Counted from the first letter of the stretch, positions 1-9,723 are shown. The stretch is 64,000 bases of DNA from Patescibacteria group bacterium (GCA_018971045.1 JAGWVF010000006.1:176-64175), one strand, 5' to 3'. The notes: a model not told the origin generated them from the letters alone. Numbers and translations are program-made.

Positions 1-1101
1 GTTGGCCAGCGGCCGATATACAACCAACTTCTCGACGATATCCGTTGTGGCAAGTTCAACGGTATCCTCACGTGGGCACCGGATCGATTAAGCCGCAACG
101 CAGGCGACCTCGGCGCGGTCGTGGATCTCTTGGATCAGAAGAAGCTGGTGGAGATCCGCACCTATACTCAGACCTTCACCAACAATCCGAACGAGAAGTT
201 CATGCTTATGATCCTCGGCTCGCAGGCGAAGCTCGAGAACGACCAGAAGATTATCAACGTGAAGCGCGGACTACGAGCACGATGTGAGATGGGATACCGC
301 CCCTGCACCGCGCCGACTGGCTACTTGAACGAAAAGGACCGAGACAAGAAGTGTCAGGTGCGCCTCGACCCGAAGCGAGCGATGACCGTGCGGCAGATGT
401 TCGAAAAGATCGGCAACGATGGGTGGAGCGGGCGACAGACCTATCGTTGGCTCCTCAAGATCGGCTTCAAGACACATACCGGGAAGCACCTCTCGCTCGC
501 AAACATCTATATCTGCCTCCGAAACCCCTTCTACTACGGCGAGTTCGAGTATCCGAAAGGGAGCGGCGAGTGGTATCAGGGCAGGCATGAACCACTCATC
601 TCGAAAGGGCTCTTTGAAAAGGTGCAGTGCAACCTGCAGGACCAGTACATTCCGAAGACCGAGAGCAAGGAGTTCGCCTTCACTCGGCTCATCAAATGTG
701 GCTCCTGCGGAAGCGGCATCACGGCCGACGAGAAGTTCAAAAAGCTGAAGGACGGCAGTGTGAACCGTCACGTCTATTATCGATGCACGAGGGCGCGGGA
801 TGTTGCGTGCAACAATGCTGCCGTCAATGAGACGCTGCTCATCGAAGAGCTCTTGAAGCTCCTCGATACTCTCGACCTCGATGAGATTGGTATGCGCGAA
901 AAGATCGAAGAAGAGATCGTTCGGTACAACAAGTTCCGCATGGGCGTGCTCGGTGCGAAGAAGAAGGATAAAGCGACCGCCATAGATATTCGCACTTACG
1001 CAAAGTATCTCCTCAAGGACGGCACGATTACCGAGAAGCGCGAGCTGCTGTCGTGTCTCAAGAGCCAGCTGGTGCTGAAGGATCGGAAGATCGTGCTTTA
1101 A
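1..1101 (+). CDS. Large serine recombinase (resolvase + recombinase + Zn-ribbon domains), 5' end outside window
   Basis: Frame is open from base 1 (VGQRPIYNQLLDDIRCGKFNGILTWAPDRLSRN, resolvase DRLSR motif). Also has APTGY, LRNPFYYG, HEPLIS, CGSCG...YYRC Zn ribbon. Confidence 0.9.
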   Translation, partial: VGQRPIYNQLLDDIRCGKFNGILTWAPDRLSRNAGDLGAVVDLLDQKKLVEIRTYTQTFTNNPNEKFMLMILGSQAKLENDQKIINVKRGLRARCEMGYRPCTAPTGYLNEKDRDKKCQVRLDPKRAMTVRQMFEKIGNDGWSGRQTYRWLLKIGFKTHTGKHLSLANIYICLRNPFYYGEFEYPKGSGEWYQGRHEPLISKGLFEKVQCNLQDQYIPKTESKEFAFTRLIKCGSCGSGITADEKFKKLKDGSVNRHVYYRCTRARDVACNNAAVNETLLIEELLKLLDTLDLDEIGMREKIEEEIVRYNKFRMGVLGAKKKDKATAIDIRTYAKYLLKDGTITEKRELLSCLKSQLVLKDRKIVL

Positions 1102-1118
1102 GGCTAAATTAACGAAAA

Positions 1119-1149
1119 CCGCTCTCACGACTGAGCGGCTTTCATTTTT
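1119..1149 (+). terminator. Probable intrinsic terminator after recombinase
   Basis: CCGCTC-N8-GAGCGG hairpin followed by T-rich tract. Confidence 0.5.
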
Positions 1150-1176
1150 CAATCGTGAGCGAATTTTGCCTACCAC

Positions 1177-1216
1177 GTTCGATTTCTAGTCGGGGCAGGT
1201 CTGTAGGAATCGAACC
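1177..1216. repeat. Degenerate tRNA 3'/T-arm fragments (possible att remnants)
   Basis: + strand GTTCGATTTCTAGTCGGGGCA (1177-1197) resembles tRNA-Arg 3' ends; AGGAATCGAACC (1205-1216) is identical to 1290-1301 of the adjacent tRNA. Confidence 0.4.
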
Positions 1217-1276
1217 GGCGTGCTCGAACATGGCCCAAAAGGCCGAGGCACCTCGGTCACTTGAATTAGCACTAGC

Positions 1277-1351
1277 TGGTGCCCTCGGCAGGAATCGAAC
1301 CTGCATCGTCAGCTCCGCAAGCTGATGTCCTATCCATTGAACGACGAGGGC
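1277..1351 (-). tRNA. tRNA-Arg(GCG)
   Basis: Reverse complement GCCCTCG...TCAGC-TTGCGGA-GCTGA...GGTTCGATTCC...CGAGGGCACCA; full cloverleaf with encoded CCA. Confidence 0.95.
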
Positions 1352-1366
1352 GTTCTTCACTATATA

Positions 1367-1843
1367 TCAGAATCCGAGCCACGCCGCCACCAGATCGGTA
1401 AAGGTGTGGCGGTGTTCATCCTCAACCACATGCTGAAGGAAGTAATCGTAAATGATGTCAGCGTCAACGCCTTCAAGCGGGATGATAAGATGCGGCGAGA
1501 GCCAGTTTTCGGTTTTAACCGAGATCATGGGGGGAAGCGTTCCTTCGATATCCTCAAGCACTGAAAAGGAGACCATTCGTTCAAAGGCGTGGAGATCGTT
1601 CCCGATCATGACGCCGTGCTCGACTAGTCTGAATCGGTGCAGTGGCGGCTGTTGGGCCGCGTGGAGCGCGAGCGCGACGGCCGCAAAGAGGATAAGGAGC
1701 GCGAGGAGGTAATTACTGAAGAGCGCCGCGGCGATCGCGCCCGCGACGGCAATGATACCGAGCGCCCAGTACCAGTCCGAGTCTTTCGGATTGTGGTCGT
1801 ACTCCCGCCCTTCCCATTCGAGGATCGCGTCGCGCTGGGGCAT
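1367..1843 (-). CDS. Conserved CPR membrane protein (two TM helices + soluble domain)
   Basis: LEWEGREY..K.SDWYW pattern, TM hairpin; start chosen at MPQRD. Confidence 0.75.
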   Translation of the reverse strand: MPQRDAILEWEGREYDHNPKDSDWYWALGIIAVAGAIAAALFSNYLLALLILFAAVALALHAAQQPPLHRFRLVEHGVMIGNDLHAFERMVSFSVLEDIEGTLPPMISVKTENWLSPHLIIPLEGVDADIIYDYFLQHVVEDEHRHTFTDLVAAWLGF

Positions 1844-1973
1844 AGCATCATCATACCAGACCGGCACCGACGCTCAGCGGCGCACTGCACAAGTAAAGAT
1901 CGAATGGGGAAGGGGATTCACTTTTCCGATTTCGCATATGCCCGCGCAAGCTTTACTATAGAACCTATAGAGT

Positions 1974-4343
1974 ATGCAAAGCGGAATAACCAATGAAGAA
2001 GCGAGGGCGTATCTCGGCGCGCATGGCTACAACGAGATCGCAGAGCACAAGCCCTCATTGCTCGCGAAGTTGTCGAGACGCATCGTGTCGCCCATCAGCC
2101 TCATGCTCCTTGTCGCCGCCGTCCTTTCTTACGTCGAGGGGCAGGATTTCGACGGGAACTTCATTTTATTATTGCTCGCGCTTAATATCGCCGTTACGCT
2201 CTGGCAAGAGAAGAAGGCCGACACCGCCATTCAAGAATTAAATGCGCATCTTACCGCGGAGGTAAAAACCCTGCGCGACGGCGCATGGCAGAAGATCCCC
2301 GCCCGCCTTCTCGTGCCTCATGACGTTATCGAGTTGCGCGCGGGCGACGTCATACCGGCGGATACGTCAGTGCTCGAAGCGCACTCGGCTTCAGCGAATG
2401 AAGCGGCGCTTACCGGAGAATCCCTTCCGAAGGAAAAAAAGGCCGGAGACACTCTTTATTCCGGTTCTTTCGTCGCTTCAGGCATTATGACGGCGATGGT
2501 GTCGGCGACTGGCGGCGATACCTATTTCGGGAAAACGCTCGCCAAGATCGATACGGGTAATAAACGCAGTTCTCTTGAACGGCAGATATTGAGAATATCG
2601 CAGCTTCTCTCGTCGCTCGCGCTTCTCGCGGTACTCCTGTTGTCGGCGCTCCTCTGGCTTCGCCATACGCCGGTACTAGAAATCCTGCGCCTCGATCTCT
2701 CGCTCGTCATCGCGGGAATCCCCATCAGCCTCCCGACGGTCATGACGCTCATCATCGCGTTCGGAGTCATTGCACTCGCCAAAAAGGATGTAGTTGTTCG
2801 CCGCCTCTCGTCTCTCGAGGATCTCGCCGACACCGATTATCTGCTTACCGATAAAACCGGCACGTTAACCGAGAATAAGATTTCTGTCGGCGAGATCCTC
2901 GCCTATGGGCACCCCGAGGAGGAACTGCTTGGTCTCGCGGCCGCAGTCGCCGCAGAAGAGCCTGATTCGAGCATCAACCAGGCGATTCTCGCGAGAATGA
3001 AAGCGGCTCCAGTCACGCAGATCATATCCTTCGTACCCGGCGATTCAGACAGGAAGCGATCAACGCTGACGATGCAGACCGATGACGGCCCCGTCACGCT
3101 CTCTTTCGGCACGCCGCAAGTCATCATCGGACTTTCCAGCATCTCCGCTGAAAGGCGGAAGGAATTCGACGCCGACGTGAATGCGTTTGCGGAACGCGGA
3201 TACCGTTCACTGGCGCTTGCTCGGGTGCGAGGGGAGAGAGAATCGGATATGGAACTCCTCGGACTGATTGGACTCTCGGACACTCTGCGCGCTGACGCGA
3301 AGGACGCCATATCCTTTCTTGCGGACAACGGAGTCGGAGTCTCGATGGTTACGGGCGATAATCGCGCTATTGCAAAAGAAATAGCCGGTACGCTCTCCAT
3401 CCCCGGCGCCCGCATCGAAACGCCGGAAACGCGTCCGGCGGGCGGATGGGGGGCTCTCTCCAAGGATGCGTTTGAAGGCACTCAAGCGTTCGCCGAGATA
3501 CTTCCAGAGGACAAATACGAGCTTGTAAAATCCGCGAAACGCTTCTACACGGTCGCGGCGAATGGCGACGGAGTGAACGATCTTCCGGCCGTGAAAGAGG
3601 CGCATGTCGGCTTCGCGGTGAAGAATGCGGTTGACGCGCTCAAGGGCGCGGCCGACATCGTGCTCCTTTCAGACGGCATCGCGGTCATGCGGGACGCCTT
3701 CATCGAGGGGCGCAAGATTTTCATGCGTCTATACGCGTATTCCATATATCGGATCTCGGAAAGCTTCCGGCTCATCGTGACCATCGCGGTTCTCGGATTT
3801 TTTGTCGGCACCTATCCGCTCTCGCCGCTCCAGCTCATTCTCATCGCGCTTTTGAACGATATTCCCATCATCTCTCTCGGGGGAGATCGGGTTCAGATCG
3901 CGAATCGTCCGTCAAAGCTCAACGTCAAGGAGCAATTTTCCCTGAGCATCCTCTTCGGTCTGGTCGGCGTCGCGAACAGCCTCCTCCTCTATTTCGTTAC
4001 CTTCAATCTCCTGCACCTTCCGCTTCCGGTCGTGCAGACCATGTTTTTCCTGAAGCTGACCGTATCGGGGCACCTGCTCATCTATGTCGCGCACACGAAA
4101 GAGCGGTGGTGGCGCTATCTGCCGAGCGCGGCCGTCATCATCGCGACCCTCGTTACGCAGGTCATCGCGACCGTCTTAGCGGTGAGCGGGGCGCTCATGC
4201 CCGCCGCCATTCCTGTCAGCTTCGCGATCTTCGTCTGGATCTGGTCGCTGTGTTTCATGCAGATCAGCGAGCTGATAAAGATCGCGCGCCGGCCATTGCA
4301 AAATCAGCACGGTATCGGCCCGGGTTTTTACCAGAAAAGCTAA
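1974..4343 (+). CDS. P-type ATPase, P3A plasma-membrane H+-exporting type
   Basis: LTGESLP, IPISLP, DKTGTLT, TGD, GDGVNDLPA, and IALLND (M6 Asp of P3A pumps). Confidence 0.9.
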   Translation: MQSGITNEEARAYLGAHGYNEIAEHKPSLLAKLSRRIVSPISLMLLVAAVLSYVEGQDFDGNFILLLLALNIAVTLWQEKKADTAIQELNAHLTAEVKTLRDGAWQKIPARLLVPHDVIELRAGDVIPADTSVLEAHSASANEAALTGESLPKEKKAGDTLYSGSFVASGIMTAMVSATGGDTYFGKTLAKIDTGNKRSSLERQILRISQLLSSLALLAVLLLSALLWLRHTPVLEILRLDLSLVIAGIPISLPTVMTLIIAFGVIALAKKDVVVRRLSSLEDLADTDYLLTDKTGTLTENKISVGEILAYGHPEEELLGLAAAVAAEEPDSSINQAILARMKAAPVTQIISFVPGDSDRKRSTLTMQTDDGPVTLSFGTPQVIIGLSSISAERRKEFDADVNAFAERGYRSLALARVRGERESDMELLGLIGLSDTLRADAKDAISFLADNGVGVSMVTGDNRAIAKEIAGTLSIPGARIETPETRPAGGWGALSKDAFEGTQAFAEILPEDKYELVKSAKRFYTVAANGDGVNDLPAVKEAHVGFAVKNAVDALKGAADIVLLSDGIAVMRDAFIEGRKIFMRLYAYSIYRISESFRLIVTIAVLGFFVGTYPLSPLQLILIALLNDIPIISLGGDRVQIANRPSKLNVKEQFSLSILFGLVGVANSLLLYFVTFNLLHLPLPVVQTMFFLKLTVSGHLLIYVAHTKERWWRYLPSAAVIIATLVTQVIATVLAVSGALMPAAIPVSFAIFVWIWSLCFMQISELIKIARRPLQNQHGIGPGFYQKS

Positions 4344-4405
4344 CGTTGACTTAGCCGCCTATTTTCGGCATATTTACATTAGATTCAACAACCGAGGAGT
4401 CTACT

Positions 4406-5023
4406 ATGCTCAAGATTTACCTCGCTCGACACGGGCAGAACGAAGACAATGCCAACGGGATTCTTAACGGCCATCGTGACTTGCCACTAACTGAGCTTGG
4501 GCGGCGACAAGCCCAAAATCTTGCCGACGGCATCAAAGAAGTCGGGTTGTCGTTTGACGTGATCTACGCCTCGCCGCTTAGTCGCGCATACGATACGGCT
4601 GTCGTAGTTACGAATACTCTCGCTCTTTCAAAACCAGAAGTGTTGCCGAGTATTATCGAACGCGACTTCGGCATCATGACCGGCAAGCCGGCGGCTGACA
4701 TCGAGAAGTACTGCGGGCCGGAGGTCGTGAAGACAAATACGATCACCTACTTTCTGTCGCCTGAAGGTGCAGAGACATTTCCGGTATTGTTTGAACGCGC
4801 CAGACAAGCGCTAGCTGATATCCATGCGAAGCATTCAGATGGTTCGGCGCTGTTGGTCACGCACGGCGACATCGGAAAAATGCTCTACGCGGCGTATTAC
4901 GACGTGCCGTGGATGAACGTCCTCTCGATGTTCCACTTCGGCAATTCAGAATTACTTCTGCTCGCACAGGACTCGAGTGTGGGAGACGCGCACGTCATCC
5001 ATATCGAGCAGTTCAATCATTGA
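4406..5023 (+). CDS. Histidine phosphatase (phosphoglycerate mutase family)
   Basis: LARHGQ, SPLSRA, ERDFG, LVTHG motifs; GAGGAG SD upstream. Confidence 0.9.
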   Translation: MLKIYLARHGQNEDNANGILNGHRDLPLTELGRRQAQNLADGIKEVGLSFDVIYASPLSRAYDTAVVVTNTLALSKPEVLPSIIERDFGIMTGKPAADIEKYCGPEVVKTNTITYFLSPEGAETFPVLFERARQALADIHAKHSDGSALLVTHGDIGKMLYAAYYDVPWMNVLSMFHFGNSELLLLAQDSSVGDAHVIHIEQFNH

Positions 5024-5127
5024 ATTTTCTTCAACTTGCCGCGTAATTCCGCGGCATTTCTTTTAGGCTTCGTAACGGCTTAATTACATCATAGGCATCG
5101 ACCGCATAGCACGCGATCGCGTTCCTG

Positions 5128-5212
5128 CGGAGGGGGCGAGATTCGAACTCGCGGTACCTTTCGGTACGGTGGTTTTCAAGACCACTGCACTAGACCACTA
5201 TGCGACCCCTCC
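5128..5212 (-). tRNA. tRNA-Ser(TGA)
   Basis: GGAGGGG acceptor, GTGGT-CTTGAAA-ACCAC anticodon arm, long variable arm, GTTCGAATC. Confidence 0.95.
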
Positions 5213-5217
5213 CTTAT

Positions 5218-5490
5218 TTATTTCGACTCCGGTGGTGATGAGCTTACCGCAGAAGAGGGTGAACGAGAAGAAGGGTTGCGGAACCAGATGAGATACACCA
5301 CTTCGAGAATGCCGAGAGAATTGACGATCAGCATCGCGATGAACCAACCCTTTTGCGAATTGCGTGCGGCGTGCCAGAGCGCGAAGCCTTTTATAACGAT
5401 CGTCCAGACGACAATGATCGCGAGAAAGGGGAGGAGGGTAACGAGAAACGTCTGCGCAAACGGAGAATAAAGAGGGGAGAAGTCGTGCAT
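5218..5490 (-). CDS. DUF5652-like small membrane protein
   Basis: KGFALWHAARNSQKGWFIAMLIVNSLGILEVVY pattern typical of CPR. Confidence 0.75.
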   Translation of the reverse strand: MHDFSPLYSPFAQTFLVTLLPFLAIIVVWTIVIKGFALWHAARNSQKGWFIAMLIVNSLGILEVVYLIWFRNPSSRSPSSAVSSSPPESK

Positions 5491-5519
5491 ATGCGCGCAT
5501 TATACCATACACTCTAGCT

Positions 5520-5948
5520 ATGCGATACCTCGGCGTTGATTATGGGAGCAAGAAGGTCGGTCTCGCGCTCTCGGATGAGGCGGGGGCGATGGGATTCCCG
5601 CATACCATTATCGCGAATACGCCACGCCTCCTCGATGAACTCTGTGCGCTCATCGCGCGGGAAGGTGTCGGTGCGGTGGTCGTCGGCGAGTCGCGCTCTC
5701 TCGCGGGCGGCGAGAATCCGATAGCGGAGGACGCCCGCGCGCTCGGCGGCGCGCTCGGCGAGCGCGCCGGTGTCCCGATCTATTTTGAATCTGAAGTGTT
5801 CACGAGCGCCGAGGCGCGCCGGACACCTGAAAAAGAGCCGAAGTCGCGCGCGCCGAAGAAGCGCGATGCCGTCGATGCGAGAGCGGCCGCGCTTATCCTT
5901 ACCAGTTATCTTACCCGTACCTATGGACAAACCGCGCATAACGATTGA
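5520..5948 (+). CDS. yqgF: Holliday junction resolvase-like / pre-16S rRNA nuclease YqgF (RuvX)
   Basis: YLGVDYGSKKVGLALSD, E.FTS.EA, VDARAAALIL. Confidence 0.9.
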   Translation: MRYLGVDYGSKKVGLALSDEAGAMGFPHTIIANTPRLLDELCALIAREGVGAVVVGESRSLAGGENPIAEDARALGGALGERAGVPIYFESEVFTSAEARRTPEKEPKSRAPKKRDAVDARAAALILTSYLTRTYGQTAHND

Positions 5949-6264
5949 TGAATTGAGCACGATACAGGTGCAGGTCGGGACGGTCGTGAGCGCCGAGCGC
6001 GTCCCCGAGACGGATAAGCTGCTACGGCTCATGGTCGACTTCGGCGAGGCGGGCGGGCCGCGCCAGATCGTCTCGGGTATCGCGGCGTACGTGGCCGACC
6101 CCGCCTCGCTTGCCGGTCGACAGCTCGCTTTTGTCACCAATCTTGAACCGCGCACGATTAGAGGCCTCGAGAGCAACGGAATGCTTTTTGCTGTTGGCGC
6201 TGACGAGACATTCGCGTTTCTCGCGCCTGATCGCTCCGTGCCGCCCGGCACCAGTGCACACTAA
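5923..6264 (+). CDS. Stand-alone tRNA-binding OB-fold protein (Trbp111/CsaA/MetRS C-terminal-like)
   Basis: DKLLRLMVDFGE..RQIVSGI, NLEPRTIRGLESNGML; start at ATG 5923. Confidence 0.85.
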   Translation: MDKPRITIDELSTIQVQVGTVVSAERVPETDKLLRLMVDFGEAGGPRQIVSGIAAYVADPASLAGRQLAFVTNLEPRTIRGLESNGMLFAVGADETFAFLAPDRSVPPGTSAH

Positions 6265-6303
6265 ACATACGCGGTATCGAGCGGCGCACGGTATACTGGC
6301 GCT

Positions 6304-7407
6304 ATGTCCTTTGTGACGAATAAGCGGATACGTTCTGCCTTTGCTCCGCCGCGTTATCTCGCGGCGCCGTTGTCGGGCATCGATCTCTCGACGAGCGGAG
6401 TGAAGGCCGTGCGCCTTAATGCCGGACCTCAAGGGCTTACGCTCGCGAGCTATACCGCCGAGACGCGATTCACTTCAATGGGCGCGTATTCTGACGGTGA
6501 AATCACGGATCGCCCGGCCGTCGTCGCGGCGCTTTCCGCGGCGGCAAAGATGACCGGCATCACGGCGGCGAACGCGGCGCTTCCGGAATCAAAATCGTAT
6601 CTCTTTGAGACGACCGCGATCGGCAGAAAGCGGAGCGAGTGGCGCATCGCCGCAGAACAGCATCTCGAGGAGCTCATTCCGCTCCCGCCGCTTGAGGCCG
6701 CTTTCGATATTGTCGGTTTTGGGCAGGGGAAACAGGATGATGTCCGCATCGCGGGTATCGGCTTCGCCAAACGAATCGTTGACGACACGCTGTCGGCCTT
6801 TGACGAGGCGCGCATCGAGCTGCGCTCGCTCGAGGCGGAGCAGTTCGCGCTCGCTCGGGCGCTCCTTCCGGTCGGAGATACCTCGACCGCGCTTCTCATT
6901 GATCTTGGAAAGACGACGACAAAATTAGCTATCGTGGAGAAGCGCATCCCCTTTTTCGCGACGACGATCGGGATCGGCGGCCACGCGCTCACGCTCGCGG
7001 TCCAGAAACACTTCGGAGTAACTGAGACTGAGGCGCGCCGAGTGAAAGCCGAGCGCGGGATCGTGCCCGTACCGGGCAATGAAGACTATCTCGCGGCGAT
7101 GCTCTCGACGGTATCGGCTATCCGCGATGAAATCGCGCGCCGGCTCGACTATTGGAAGGAGCGCGTGATTACCTCGGGGCTTCATGAGCCGGTATCCCAC
7201 GCGATACTCGCGGGAGGCAACGCCTCCGTGCGGGGGCTTACGGAGTATCTGGAAGGGTCGCTCAGGATACCGGTGACTGCCGGAGACGTGTTCACTAATT
7301 TTGCGCCGCGCGATACGTGGATACCTCAGCTCGACTACAACGAGTCGCTCGCGTACGCGACGGCGATCGGCCTCGCGCTTCGCGATTACGCCATTCCGTA
7401 TGAATGA
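6304..7407 (+). CDS. pilM: Type IV pilus assembly protein PilM
   Basis: Actin-like motifs GIDLSTSGVK, IDLGKTTT, GGHALT, LAGGNA, ATAIGLALR. Confidence 0.85.
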   Translation: MSFVTNKRIRSAFAPPRYLAAPLSGIDLSTSGVKAVRLNAGPQGLTLASYTAETRFTSMGAYSDGEITDRPAVVAALSAAAKMTGITAANAALPESKSYLFETTAIGRKRSEWRIAAEQHLEELIPLPPLEAAFDIVGFGQGKQDDVRIAGIGFAKRIVDDTLSAFDEARIELRSLEAEQFALARALLPVGDTSTALLIDLGKTTTKLAIVEKRIPFFATTIGIGGHALTLAVQKHFGVTETEARRVKAERGIVPVPGNEDYLAAMLSTVSAIRDEIARRLDYWKERVITSGLHEPVSHAILAGGNASVRGLTEYLEGSLRIPVTAGDVFTNFAPRDTWIPQLDYNESLAYATAIGLALRDYAIPYE

Positions 7408-7972
7408 ATATCTGACTAATCTCTTGCCGATTGACCGCCAGAAAAAGCTGCGGCGAAGCTACTATCTGCGTCTCTTCGTTATGAGCGCCTTACTGCTTGC
7501 GCTCTTGTTCAGCGCCGCCGCCATACTCCTGTTCCCGACCTACCTGACGCTCTCAAGTAACGAGGATGCGAAGAGGGCGGAACTCGCTTCCGCGGAGAGC
7601 CGGCTTTCTTCGGCCGATGAGAAGGATCTCTCGACGCGGCTTGCATTGCTTACGGGCAACGCAAAAGTTCTGGAGACGCTCGCGACGGCGCCGTCACCGA
7701 GCCATCTCATCGGCTCCCTGCTCGCCGTCCCGCGCCCAGGAATCACCGTTTCCGGCTACGCTTATACGCCCGTTACGACGGCAAAAGGATCGACGAAGAA
7801 ACTCCCGGCGAGCATGAGCGTGACGGGCATGGCGGCGACTCGCGACGCGCTCCGCAACTACCAATTAGCGCTGCAAGAGGTTCCCTTCGTGTCCGTTGCG
7901 GCGCTGCCGGTTTCAGCGTATGCGCAGAGCACCGATATTTTCTTCACTATTACGCTCACCCTTACGCCATGA
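7400..7972 (+). CDS. PilN-like protein
   Basis: NLLP N-terminal motif, TM helix, coiled coil, follows pilM. Confidence 0.7.
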   Translation: MNEYLTNLLPIDRQKKLRRSYYLRLFVMSALLLALLFSAAAILLFPTYLTLSSNEDAKRAELASAESRLSSADEKDLSTRLALLTGNAKVLETLATAPSPSHLIGSLLAVPRPGITVSGYAYTPVTTAKGSTKKLPASMSVTGMAATRDALRNYQLALQEVPFVSVAALPVSAYAQSTDIFFTITLTLTP

Positions 7973-8571
7973 AATCCTTTCTCGCTCAAGGCATCATCGC
8001 GCTCCTCGTGTGCGGCGGAGCGGCGATCGGCTTTTGGGTGTGGTACGGCATGATCGAAGCGAAGAGCGCGAGCGTAGCCGCGCTCGAGCAGCAGATACAG
8101 CAGGATGCAGATACCGAGAGCCGCGTTGCCGCGGCGCGCGCCTCGCTCGCCGAGATTTCTCAAGATGAGGCGAATATTCGGAGCTACTTCATCTCAGAAG
8201 TCGATGTCGCCTCATTTAATGATGCGCTTGAAACACAGCGCCATGCGCCGGGGGCAACGGTGAAGGTCGTCTCCGTGAGCCGGGGCGGTCCAGGCGCCCA
8301 GTCGACACTGCTGTTCTCGCTGTCGATTGACGGAGCCTTTGACGCCGTGATGCGCACCATCGGCATGATCGAATACGCTCCCTTTGCGGTAACCGTATCG
8401 GGGCTGAATCTCGCACATGCCGACACGACCGGAAAGACGAGTCTCTGGCACGCCGATCTCTCGCTTATCGTGAATACCGTTTCCGCGTCCTCGACGGCCG
8501 GTACCGCGCTCGCGACACCATCGTTCGCGGCCACGACCTCGCCTCTCTTTATCGCCACCAGCACGCCATGA
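7969..8571 (+). CDS. PilO-like protein
   Basis: N-terminal TM, coiled coil, ferredoxin-like C-terminus; operon position. Confidence 0.6.
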   Translation: MKSFLAQGIIALLVCGGAAIGFWVWYGMIEAKSASVAALEQQIQQDADTESRVAAARASLAEISQDEANIRSYFISEVDVASFNDALETQRHAPGATVKVVSVSRGGPGAQSTLLFSLSIDGAFDAVMRTIGMIEYAPFAVTVSGLNLAHADTTGKTSLWHADLSLIVNTVSASSTAGTALATPSFAATTSPLFIATSTP

Positions 8572-8882
8572 ACATGAATACGATCCGCCGCCTGAATACC
8601 GTATTAAAGCGCCTACGCCGCAACGCGCCCGGAGACCCGGGGCGCGATTGGCTCATGCTTATGACGCTCTTCCTCATCGCGTTTGCCGCGATTCTCGTAT
8701 GGGCCGCCTGGGCATTCGACACCGTCTCGCGCGGCGGCACGATCGGGTCGAGCGCGATCGAGACGCCGCCGATCTTCGACAAATCATCGCTCGCGGCTAT
8801 CCGCACGACATTTGAGAAGCGCGCCGCCGAAGAGGCGAAATACGAGACAGGCGCCTATCATTTCATCGACCCTTCGCAATAA
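8568..8882 (+). CDS. Hypothetical membrane protein at end of pilMNO operon
   Basis: Overlapping ATGA coupling, single TM, P.RDW and C-terminal DPS. Confidence 0.65.
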   Translation: MNMNTIRRLNTVLKRLRRNAPGDPGRDWLMLMTLFLIAFAAILVWAAWAFDTVSRGGTIGSSAIETPPIFDKSSLAAIRTTFEKRAAEEAKYETGAYHFIDPSQ

Positions 8883-8965
8883 GCGCAGAGCCAAGCTTTC
8901 TCCCATCTCGCTCGCTTGGTAGTAGACGCGTGATAGGGTAGGGTGGAGAAGCGCCTCGCGCACTC

Positions 8966-9040
8966 GCCCCTATAGCTCAATGGATAGAGCTGCGGACTTC
9001 TAAGCCGTCGATGTTGGTTCGATTCCAGCTAGGGGCACCA
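8966..9040 (+). tRNA. tRNA-Arg(TCT)
   Basis: GCCCCTA acceptor, CTTCTAA anticodon loop, GGTTCGATTCC, CCA end. Confidence 0.93.
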
Positions 9041-9048
9041 AATAACTT

Positions 9049-9723
9049 ATGGCGATTTCTATAAAGAAAGCACGGATCCCTTTTTATCCTAATCTCAAGG
9101 ATAACCTGCACTGTTTTCAGTCTGCGCTGAAAATGGTTTTTGCTGTTTTTGAAAATAAATTTTATTCATATACATATCTTGATCAAATAACCGGATATAA
9201 AAAAAATAATTTGACTTGGGATACGACGGCGCTCTTATTTCTTGCAGAAAACGGCTATACGGTGATCAAAATTAGCACCTTTGATTACCCCGCCTTTGCT
9301 TCCGAAGGGACGAGCTACCTGAAGAAGTTCTGGCGCTCTGACGTGTATACAACACAGGCGAAGTTCTCAAATTTTCAGCGGGAACGACGGATCGTCACTC
9401 GACTTATTAAGGATAAGCGCATACGCCTTAAGATACGCAAGCCGACTCTCGCCCTTGTCTCCGCGTATCTTCAAGAGGGGTGGCTCGCAATAGCTCATAT
9501 TGATGTTTCCATTCTCGATAATACAAAGAATTACAGCCCCCATTCGATAGTCATTACTGACGTGCGGCCAACGCGGGTGTCGTTCCATGATCCGGGGCTT
9601 CCTCCCGAAGAAAATCGATCAGTATCCAGAAAGGCGTTTGATCAAGCACTCCGAATCGGAGAAGTCATTCTCATCAAGAAGCCCGGAGCTCTTAAAAAAC
9701 ATCTCTCGCATCGCGGGACATAA
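9049..9723 (+). CDS. Peptidase C39-like / papain-fold protein
   Basis: N-terminal HCFQSALKM (Cys), PHSIVI (His), FHDPG (Asp); AT-rich. Confidence 0.65.
   Translation: MAISIKKARIPFYPNLKDNLHCFQSALKMVFAVFENKFYSYTYLDQITGYKKNNLTWDTTALLFLAENGYTVIKISTFDYPAFASEGTSYLKKFWRSDVYTTQAKFSNFQRERRIVTRLIKDKRIRLKIRKPTLALVSAYLQEGWLAIAHIDVSILDNTKNYSPHSIVITDVRPTRVSFHDPGLPPEENRSVSRKAFDQALRIGEVILIKKPGALKKHLSHRGT

Noticed and set aside
8992-9008. A-G mismatch at the base of the tRNA-Arg(TCT) anticodon stem
   Set aside because: A single mismatch in an otherwise perfect tRNA; not enough to call a pseudo-tRNA.
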